DNA of 64,000 bases from an uncultured Acidimicrobiales bacterium (GTDB taxonomy: Bacteria; Actinomycetota; Acidimicrobiia; Acidimicrobiales; CATQHL01), in the NCBI GenBank assembly GCA_964618115.1, contig CAZTZI010000033.1:12944-76943 (forward strand). Reading direction: 5' to 3'. Within the stretch, counting starts at the first letter, position 1. Every line of letters begins with the position of its first letter. The notes below the pieces were generated by a model. It ran no database searches. It was given only the letters and a program-made list of their open reading frames with translations, and was not told the DNA's origin. Below are positions 24,667 through 31,531 of the stretch, piece by piece. Position numbers and translations under genes: made by a program.

Positions 24667-25947
24667 ATGAAAGCCAAACCAAGAAGACTGCGACTGTTGA
24701 CAGCTGTTGCGATGCTGGCCGTTCTCGGCCTGGTCGCCGCAGCCTGCGGTGGGGATGACGACTCCGGAACGTCGGCCCCGCAACCCGCGCCTGCGCCGGC
24801 CCCCGAGCCGGCCGCGCCTGCGCCTGCGCCGGAACCGGAGCCACCGGCTCCTGCACCCGAGCCACCGGCGCCGGCCCCGGAGCCGCCCGCGCCTGCGCCT
24901 GAACCACCGGCACCTCCGCCCGAACCGCCACCTGCGCCCGCCTTCGAGGCGCCTGTCACGCAGGGACCGGGCGGCGAGGAGGCCACCTCCTCGGCGGAGA
25001 TCAGCCTCAGCGACGCCGAGGCCGACGAGGTGCGAGCGGGTGGCTACACCGCGGCGCTGCTGTGGCACACCGCCGGGGCCTTCACCGATGCCGTCAGCCA
25101 GGGCGCCCGCGACGCCTTCGCCGACCTGGGCATCGAGGTGATCGCCGAGACGAACGCCTCCTTCGACGCCGCTCAGCAGGCCAACGACGTGGAGACCGTC
25201 ATGGCGCAGAGCCCGGACATCATCATCAGCCTGGTGCTCGACCCGGTGTCCGGGGCCGAAGCGTTCCGCCCCGCCGTCGATGCCGGCGTGCAGCTGGTGT
25301 TCTTGAGCAACGTGCCGGAGGGCTACGTGCAGGGTGTCGACTACGTGGGACTCGTGACCGACGACCTGGCGGCCATGGGCATCGCCGCCGCCGATCTGCT
25401 GGCGGAAGCCCTCGGCGGCGAGGGCGAAGTGGGGTTCATCTTCCACGATGCCCCCTACTACGTCACCAACCAGCGTGACCAGGCGTTCAAGGCGTGGATC
25501 GAGGGCAACTATCCCGACATGGAGATCGTGGCCTCCCAGGGCCTGGCCGATCCCGCCGCGGCGGAGGAGATCGCCTCGACACTGCTGACGCGCTACCCCG
25601 ATCTCGACGGCATCTACGCCCCGTGGTCCGCCGGCCCGGCCGACGGAGTGCTGGCCGCGCTGCGGGCCGCCGGCGCATCCGACGTGGCGGTCGTGACCCT
25701 CGATCTCGACACCAACGTCTCGCTCGATCTCGTGGAGGGCGGCAACGTCGTCGGTATCGCTGCGGACGAGGCGTACGACCTCGGTCGCACGATGGCCGTC
25801 GAGGGCGCCTACGGGTTGCTGGGCAAGCCCGCACCCGCCTTCGTGGTGGTGCCTGCCATTGCCGTCACGGCGGACAATATCGTCGAGGCCTATCGGCAGT
25901 CACTCGCCACCGATCCACCGCAGGCCGTGCTCGACGCCCTCGGGTGA
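24667..25947 (+). CDS. sugar ABC transporter substrate-binding lipoprotein (PBP type 1), transporter T4
   Basis: The lipobox LVAAAC-G is followed by a long PAPEP linker and then a PBP1-like body (PDIIISLVLDPVSGAEAFRPAVDAGVQLVFLSN). Confidence 0.85.
   Translation: MKAKPRRLRLLTAVAMLAVLGLVAAACGGDDDSGTSAPQPAPAPAPEPAAPAPAPEPEPPAPAPEPPAPAPEPPAPAPEPPAPPPEPPPAPAFEAPVTQGPGGEEATSSAEISLSDAEADEVRAGGYTAALLWHTAGAFTDAVSQGARDAFADLGIEVIAETNASFDAAQQANDVETVMAQSPDIIISLVLDPVSGAEAFRPAVDAGVQLVFLSNVPEGYVQGVDYVGLVTDDLAAMGIAAADLLAEALGGEGEVGFIFHDAPYYVTNQRDQAFKAWIEGNYPDMEIVASQGLADPAAAEEIASTLLTRYPDLDGIYAPWSAGPADGVLAALRAAGASDVAVVTLDLDTNVSLDLVEGGNVVGIAADEAYDLGRTMAVEGAYGLLGKPAPAFVVVPAIAVTADNIVEAYRQSLATDPPQAVLDALG
24838..24942 (+). 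repeat. 5 x 21-bp imperfect tandem repeat encoding (EPPAPAP)n in the SBP linker
   Basis: Read directly: GAGCCACCGGCTCCTGCACCC / GAGCCACCGGCGCCGGCCCCG / GAGCCGCCCGCGCCTGCGCCT / GAACCACCGGCACCTCCGCCC / GAACCGCCACCTGCGCCCGCC. Confidence 0.8.
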
Positions 25948-25965
25948 TCACCTGACCACACACCC

Positions 25966-26985
25966 ATGGGAGCGAGGATCGCTCTCGTGAGCAGCCTCCG
26001 AGCCCGGCTGGCCCGGCTGCCGCCTCCCCCCGGCGGTGGCCGGGCACGCCGGCGCGACACCGATCTCCAGCAGTACGTCGTCTACCTGGCGTTCGCACTG
26101 ATCCTGGCGGCCTTCGCCATCATCCTGCGGAACGACGGTTTCCTGAGTTCGGCGAACCTGCTCAACATCGGCCGCCAGGCGGCACCCATCGCCGTGATGG
26201 CGGTGGGGATGACGTTCGCCCTGGCCGCCGCGGAGATCGATCTCTCCGTCGGCTCGGTCGTGGCGCTGTCGTCGCTGGTGGCGGCGGAGGTCGTGACGGC
26301 GGCGGGGTTCCTGGCGGGGACGCTGGCGGCGGTCGGCGTGGGTGTCGCCGCGGGCCTCCTCAACGGTCTCATCGCCGTGAAGGTCCGCATCCCGTCGTTC
26401 CTCGTGACGCTCGGGATGCTGGGGGTGATCAGCGGGATCGCCCGCAACATGAACAACCTGCAGTCCTACCCCATCCGCAACGACACCTTCTCGGCCGTCT
26501 TCGGGGCCGGATCCGCGGGTCCGGTCTCCTCGCTGCTGATCTGGACCGTCGTCGCGCTGGTGGTGGGCCACGTGGCGCTGCGCCACCTCCGCTGGGGGCG
26601 CCACGTGCTGGCGACCGGCGCCAACCGGGAGGCGGCCAACGCGCTCGGCATCCGCACTGACCGGGTCCGCATCAGCGCCCTTGTCACCAGCGCCACCGCG
26701 GCGGCCTTCGCCGGCGTGCTGCTCGCCGGGCGGCTGGCCATCGGGCGCCACGATCTCGGTGAGAACGATCTGCTCACCGTCATCGCCGCCGTGGTGATCG
26801 GTGGGACCAGCCTGTTCGGCGGGCGGGGATCGGTCGCGGGCGCCGTCGTGGGCGCCGCCATCATGGCGATGCTCAACAACGGCCTGATCCTCATGGGGCT
26901 GCGCGTGGCGGATCAGATGATCGCTCGCGGGGTCATCATCGTGCTGGCGGTGGCCGTCAGCATGCGCGAGCGGCGCGAGCGCTAG
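25966..26985 (+). CDS. sugar ABC transporter permease (RbsC-like), transporter T4
   Basis: 339 aa and multi-TM, containing TFALAAAEIDLSVGSVVAL. Confidence 0.85.
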   Translation: MGARIALVSSLRARLARLPPPPGGGRARRRDTDLQQYVVYLAFALILAAFAIILRNDGFLSSANLLNIGRQAAPIAVMAVGMTFALAAAEIDLSVGSVVALSSLVAAEVVTAAGFLAGTLAAVGVGVAAGLLNGLIAVKVRIPSFLVTLGMLGVISGIARNMNNLQSYPIRNDTFSAVFGAGSAGPVSSLLIWTVVALVVGHVALRHLRWGRHVLATGANREAANALGIRTDRVRISALVTSATAAAFAGVLLAGRLAIGRHDLGENDLLTVIAAVVIGGTSLFGGRGSVAGAVVGAAIMAMLNNGLILMGLRVADQMIARGVIIVLAVAVSMRERRER

Positions 26986-26997
26986 GAGGTCGGAGCG

Positions 26998-28203
26998 ATG
27001 TTCCTGGACGTGCTGCGCCGGCGCAACGCCTCGTTCCTGGAAGCCGCTGTGGCATTGCATCAGACCGGGGAGATTCCGGCCAACAGCTACGTGCTGGACC
27101 TCGACGCCATCGCCGCCAACACCGCCGGGCTGTGTGCCGAGGCGCATCGCCGCAACCTCACGGTCCTCGCCATGACGAAGCAGGTGGGGAGGGCGCCGGG
27201 CGCGCTCGACGCCATGGCGGCTGGCGGTGCGGACGGCTTCGTGGCCGTGGACATGGCCTGTGCCCGGGCGATCGCGGCCAACGGGCACCGGCTTGGCCAT
27301 CTGGGCCATCTCGTGCAGGTGCCCCGTGCCGAGGCACCGGAAGCGGCGGCGCTGGAACCGGACTTCTGGACGGTGTTCAGCGACGTCAAGGCCGCCGAGG
27401 CCGCTTCCAGTTCCGCTGCCGCGGGACGGACCCAGAATCTGCTGGTCCGCGTCCACGCCGGCGGCGACGAGTTCTACCCGGGTCACGAGGGCGGTGTCCC
27501 GCTGGAGGATCTCCCCGCGATGATCCGGCGGCTGGAGGCGATGCCGGGAGCGCGTTTCGCCGGACTGACGACGTTCCCGGCGCTGCTGTTCGACCCCGAG
27601 ACCGGGGGTGCCCGGACGACGCGGAACGTCGAGACCCTGGCGCGTGCCGCCGATGTGGCGCGCCGCCACCTCGGAGCAGGTGCCGCCGTCGAGATCAACG
27701 CCCCCGGCACCACCTCGACCGCCGTTCTGGGCCAGCTCGCCGAGGCGGGCGCCACGCAGGTGGAGCCCGGCCACGGTCTCACCGGCACCACGCCCCTGCA
27801 TGCGGTCAGGGATCTGCCGGAGGTGCCGGCGATCTGCTACCTCAGCGAGGTGTCGCACCTCCACGCCGGCGTGCCGCTGTGCTTCGGTGGGGGTCTCTAC
27901 ATCGATCCTGTCTTCGCTCCCTACAGCCCCAGGGCGCTGGTGGCCGCCGACCCTGCCGACCTGGATCTGGAGCCCGTGGACATGGACTTCCCCGATCCTG
28001 CCGGCATCGATTACTACGCCCGACTGCACCCGCCATCGGGCAGGCAGGTCCGCGAGGGCGACACCGTCGTTTGCGGGTTCCGGGCGCAGGCCTTCGTAAC
28101 GCGTGCCGCCGTGGTGGGGCTCAGCGGGGTGGCGGTCGGAGCCCCGGCGGTTGTGGGCTGCTGGGACACCCTCGGCCGGCCCCTGGGGCGGGGAATCTCG
28201 TGA
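26998..28203 (+). CDS. alanine-racemase-N-terminal-domain (fold-type III PLP) protein, YhfX-like putative amino-acid racemase
   Basis: A strong RBS AGGAGG lies 8 nt before the ATG. The 401-aa protein has AMTKQVGRAP (candidate PLP-Lys region), a TIM-barrel-like alternation, and a C-terminal beta domain as in YhfX/alanine racemase. The family call is from memory. Confidence 0.6.
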   Translation: MFLDVLRRRNASFLEAAVALHQTGEIPANSYVLDLDAIAANTAGLCAEAHRRNLTVLAMTKQVGRAPGALDAMAAGGADGFVAVDMACARAIAANGHRLGHLGHLVQVPRAEAPEAAALEPDFWTVFSDVKAAEAASSSAAAGRTQNLLVRVHAGGDEFYPGHEGGVPLEDLPAMIRRLEAMPGARFAGLTTFPALLFDPETGGARTTRNVETLARAADVARRHLGAGAAVEINAPGTTSTAVLGQLAEAGATQVEPGHGLTGTTPLHAVRDLPEVPAICYLSEVSHLHAGVPLCFGGGLYIDPVFAPYSPRALVAADPADLDLEPVDMDFPDPAGIDYYARLHPPSGRQVREGDTVVCGFRAQAFVTRAAVVGLSGVAVGAPAVVGCWDTLGRPLGRGIS

Positions 28204-28249
28204 GCCGAGCACCCGGCGGGTGCGGGGCTCCGGAGCAGAGAGGGATCCG

Positions 28250-29041
28250 GTGACCGTGGCACCCGGCCGGCAGGGGCAAACGGCGAGCACGCCCGCGCTG
28301 GTCGCCGAGGGCATCTCCAAGGCCTTCCGGGCGGTGCAGGCCCTCGAGGACGTGGCGATCGAGTTGCACTACGGCCGCGTCACAGCCCTCCTGGGCGACA
28401 ACGGTGCCGGCAAGTCCACGCTGGTGAAGTGCCTGGCGGGTGTGTACCAGCCCGACGCCGGCGCCATCAGCATCGACGGGGTGCGGCGGGCGATCCCGTC
28501 GCCGGATGCGGCTCGCGGTCTCGGCATCGAGACCGTGCACCAGACGCTGGCGGTCATCGACACGCTCGATGTGGCGGCCAACCTGTTCCTGAACCGGGAG
28601 TTCCTGCGGGGTGGCCCCATCGGCCGGCGCCTGGGGCTGCTGGACCACAAACGCATGCGCGCCGAGTGCGAGGCCACCCTGGGGCGCCTGGACATCCGCA
28701 TCCCGTCGCTGCGCCGGGCGGCGGGGCTGCTCTCGGGCGGGCAGCGCCAAGCCGTCGCCATCGGGCGGGCCGTGGCCTGGGGCCAGCGCATCGTGCTGCT
28801 CGACGAGCCCGCCGCGGCCCTGGGAGTGGAGCAGACGGCGCGTGTCCTGGATCTGATCCGCAACCTGCGCGACGGCGGCGTGGCGGTGCTGCTGATCACC
28901 CACAACATGGATCGTGTCATCGACGTCTGCGATCACGCCGTCGTACTGCGCCAGGGCCGCAAGACTGCCGAAGCACCCGTCGACGAGGTCACCAAGAACG
29001 ACCTCGTGGCCTTCATCACAGGTGCGGCGGCGACTGAGTGA
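28250..29041 (+). CDS. ABC transporter ATP-binding protein (single NBD), transporter T4
   Basis: The start is trimmed to GTG 28250; GTG 28220 is also possible. It has Walker A GDNGAGKST, the signature LSGGQRQAVAI and Walker B IVLLDEP. Confidence 0.85.
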   Translation: MTVAPGRQGQTASTPALVAEGISKAFRAVQALEDVAIELHYGRVTALLGDNGAGKSTLVKCLAGVYQPDAGAISIDGVRRAIPSPDAARGLGIETVHQTLAVIDTLDVAANLFLNREFLRGGPIGRRLGLLDHKRMRAECEATLGRLDIRIPSLRRAAGLLSGGQRQAVAIGRAVAWGQRIVLLDEPAAALGVEQTARVLDLIRNLRDGGVAVLLITHNMDRVIDVCDHAVVLRQGRKTAEAPVDEVTKNDLVAFITGAAATE

Positions 29042-29158
29042 CCGGCGCCCGCCGGCGCATCCCCCTCACCGCAGCGGCGCCGGGTGCCGGGACTGCTCGG
29101 CGGTGATCAGTCTCGGTCACGTCTGGCCGGCGGCGGTGTCGTGGGCCCGGCCGGACCT

Positions 29159-29926
29159 GTGAGCGGTCGTCCCCCCTCGACCGGGCTGCGGCTGCTGGTG
29201 GCCCATAGCGGCGAGGAGTTGGCCACGCTGGCAGCCGATGTGGTGCAGGACGGCTTGTCGGCGGCGCCGTCACCGCTTCTGGGGCTGGCTACCGGCGGCT
29301 CGGTGGCGGGGCTCTACGGCGAGCTGGTCCGGCGCAACCGCTCCGAGGGTCTCAGCTTCGCCGGCGTGCGGGCGTTCCTGCTGGATGAGTACCTGGGGCT
29401 GCCGCCCGAGCATCCGAAGGCCTACCGCAACGTCATCAGACGGCTCCTGGTGGACCACGTGGACTTCGCATCCGGCGCCGTGGCCGGTCCCGATCCTGCG
29501 GCAGCCGACCTGGCAGCCGAGTGCGCCCGCTACGACCGCCGGCTGTCGCGCGGGGTCGACCTCCAGATCCTGGGAATCGGCCGCAACGGACACATCGCCT
29601 TCAACGAACCCGGCGCGTCGCTCACCGGCACCACCCGTGTCGTGACGATCAGCGAGCAGACCCGGAGCGACAACGCCCGCTTCTTCGACGATCCCGCCGA
29701 CGTGCCTCGCCGGGCCATCACCCAGGGCATCGGCACGATCCTTCGGGCGGCGCACTTGCTCCTCGTCGCCGCCGGCGAGTCAAAGGCCGCAGCCCTGCGC
29801 GCCGCCGTGGAAGGACCGGTGACGACCGCCGTCCCAGCCTCGGTCCTGCAGCTTCACCCGTGCGTCACCGTTGTGGCCGACCGTGCCGCGGCGGCGGCCC
29901 TGACCCGCCGACCGCCGCGGGCCTGA
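29159..29926 (+). CDS. nagB: glucosamine-6-phosphate deaminase / 6-phosphogluconolactonase superfamily protein (NagB-like)
   Basis: LGLATGGSVAGLY, FLLDEYLGLPPEHPKAYR and LQILGIGRNGHIAFNEPG are classic NagB motifs. The start is set at GTG 29159, while the ORF track begins at 29084. Confidence 0.8.
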   Translation: MSGRPPSTGLRLLVAHSGEELATLAADVVQDGLSAAPSPLLGLATGGSVAGLYGELVRRNRSEGLSFAGVRAFLLDEYLGLPPEHPKAYRNVIRRLLVDHVDFASGAVAGPDPAAADLAAECARYDRRLSRGVDLQILGIGRNGHIAFNEPGASLTGTTRVVTISEQTRSDNARFFDDPADVPRRAITQGIGTILRAAHLLLVAAGESKAAALRAAVEGPVTTAVPASVLQLHPCVTVVADRAAAAALTRRPPRA

Positions 29927-29941
29927 ACCGCCCGGATCATC

Positions 29942-29965
29942 AGTCCGGCGGGAGCTCGCCGGACT
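29942..29965. terminator. stem-loop between convergent genes (AGTCCGGCG-GGAGCT-CGCCGGACT), candidate bidirectional terminator
   Basis: It has a 9-bp perfect stem and a 6-nt loop. A second stem, CTCGAACC (29964-29971) with GGTTCGAG (29990-29997), follows. There is no clear U-tract. Confidence 0.4.
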
Positions 29966-30045
29966 CGAACCGAGGTCGGCCGCCCTGCGGGTTCGAGCTC
30001 GTGCCGGCAGCGCGCTGCTATCGCCCGTTGCTCTTGGCGGGCCGA

Positions 30046-31104
30046 CTACAGCGAGGCGGCCGCCCGCAGGTGGGCGGTGAGTTCGCCGAGCGACGTGCGC
30101 GCGTTCAAGCCGCTGGTGGAGGGCATCACGTAGGCCGGGCGGCCGCCGATGCGGCGAGGCTGGAGTCCGGGAGTGGCCCGGCGATCCACAGCCGCCCGCC
30201 AGCCGGCCAGGCCCACGAAGCAGATCACCCGGGGTTCGAGCCGTTCGGCGAGGCGCTCGAGGCGCTGCAGACCCTCGCTGTACTCGGCGGCGGTCAACTC
30301 GGCGGCCTGGCGGGTCGGGCGTTTCACCAGGTCGGTCATGCCGACCCCGTGGGCGACGAGGGCGTGGCGAGGGTCGCGGTCGCGGCTCACCAGGCCGGCG
30401 GCGAGGGCTGACGGCCAGAAGCGGTTTGTGCCTCGGGCGAACCCCACCCCCACGTCCGCCGCGTACACGCTGGGGTTCAGTCCGCACACGAGCATGCGCA
30501 TGCCGGGCGCAACAGTGTCGGCCAGCGTGTGCAGGCGCCGGGCGGCCACCAGCAGGACCTTCTTGCGGCGTTCGATGCCCCCGACTTCGAATCCCGCGCC
30601 CACCAGCACGTCCTCCAGCCACGGCACCGGCCAGCGTGAGAAGCGCCGCCCCGGGAAGTCGTCGTCGGGGTGCTCGTCCCACTCGGCGTCACCCTCGAAG
30701 AGATGCAGTTCCACAGTGGCGTCGGGTACCAGCGCCCGGTGCAGATCGGCCAGGGCCAGCGGCACCTCGGATCGGGCCAGGTGGATGTACGACCGCGACG
30801 CCCAGGCTGCCCGCAGGCAGCGGTCCCGCAGCGGCAGGGCGCGGAGATCGCCGGCCACCCGCATCGGATTGTCCACTTCGGCCAGCATCGACCGGCTGGC
30901 GTCCAGCGCCAGCGCCGGCTGCGGGAGGCCACCGACGTGCCATCCCGGCCCGCAGCCCAGGTCTGCAACCGGCCCGGTGGCCACAGGCCCTGCCGCCACG
31001 CGGTCCGCGAACTGCTCCAGCCGGTCGGCGTACTGGCGCGTGCGGCGGTTCATCCACTCCTGCGCGCAGGACTCATAGACGGCAATGCTCGGTTCGGTCA
31101 CCAT
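30046..31104 (-). CDS. fusion protein: N-terminal class I SAM-dependent methyltransferase + C-terminal family-2 uracil-DNA glycosylase (Mug/TDG-like)
   Basis: The N-terminal half has VADLGCGPGWH (motif I) and ...LHRALVPDATVELHLF (Methyltransf_11-like). The C-terminal half, GMRMLVCGLNPSVYAA...FARGTNRFWPS...GMTDLVKRPT...YVMPSTSGLNA, aligns motif-for-motif with E. coli Mug (GINPGLSS, NRFW, LVDRPT, PNPSGLS) as I remember it. Confidence 0.8.
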   Translation of the reverse strand: MVTEPSIAVYESCAQEWMNRRTRQYADRLEQFADRVAAGPVATGPVADLGCGPGWHVGGLPQPALALDASRSMLAEVDNPMRVAGDLRALPLRDRCLRAAWASRSYIHLARSEVPLALADLHRALVPDATVELHLFEGDAEWDEHPDDDFPGRRFSRWPVPWLEDVLVGAGFEVGGIERRKKVLLVAARRLHTLADTVAPGMRMLVCGLNPSVYAADVGVGFARGTNRFWPSALAAGLVSRDRDPRHALVAHGVGMTDLVKRPTRQAAELTAAEYSEGLQRLERLAERLEPRVICFVGLAGWRAAVDRRATPGLQPRRIGGRPAYVMPSTSGLNARTSLGELTAHLRAAASL

Positions 31105-31222
31105 GTCTCACCTCTGTCCGATACTGTGGCATTCCAGACCGACAACCACCGAACCGGACGGTCGCCGGCGAGAGGGGTGACGGGCGAGGACCGGCACCTC
31201 GCACGCCGGCGGTGCAAGGGAA

Positions 31223-31237
31223 TAGGATCGGGACATG
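31223..31237 (+). promoter_or_regulatory. candidate -10 box TAGGAT with leaderless ATG
   Basis: TAGGAT (TANNNT) lies at 31223-31228, 6 nt before the ATG at 31235, and there is no SD sequence. Confidence 0.35.
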
Positions 31238-31423
31238 ACAGAAACCGCCGCCACCGTCACCACGGAAGAATCCACGAATCGTGATCAGGCGCTCGCCCTC
31301 ATCGACGGCAAGCTCGGCGAGATCGGCATGCGCGAGTTGGTCTCGCGCACGGAGTTCACGAACGTGCTACTGGACCTGCGGCTGCTTCTGTCGGACGACC
31401 CCGAGGCCGTGTCGGTCAACTGA
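31235..31423 (+). CDS. small hypothetical protein (62 aa)
   Basis: GC3-rich codon usage resembles neighbouring genes. The promoter geometry is leaderless. The sequence is acidic and helical-looking (LALIDGKLGEIGMRELVSRTEFTNVLLDLRLLLSDD), and I recognise no family. Confidence 0.5.
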   Translation: MTETAATVTTEESTNRDQALALIDGKLGEIGMRELVSRTEFTNVLLDLRLLLSDDPEAVSVN

Positions 31424-31531
31424 CCCTTCCGAGCAGATCCGGAGTCAGGCGCGAGTCCGAGCCGGCGGTATTGCCGGACGGGACACCGGTTCCGGCGGGG
31501 ACCGTGTAGGGACAACTGAAGGGGGGAACCG

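Noticed and set aside
29964-30000. tRNA-like T-arm sequence (GGGTTCGAGCTC) that might mark a tRNA or an attachment site.
   Set aside because: No complementary T-stem, acceptor stem or anticodon arm can be drawn around it. It is better explained as the right arm of a hairpin (CTCGAACC...GGTTCGAG) between convergent genes.
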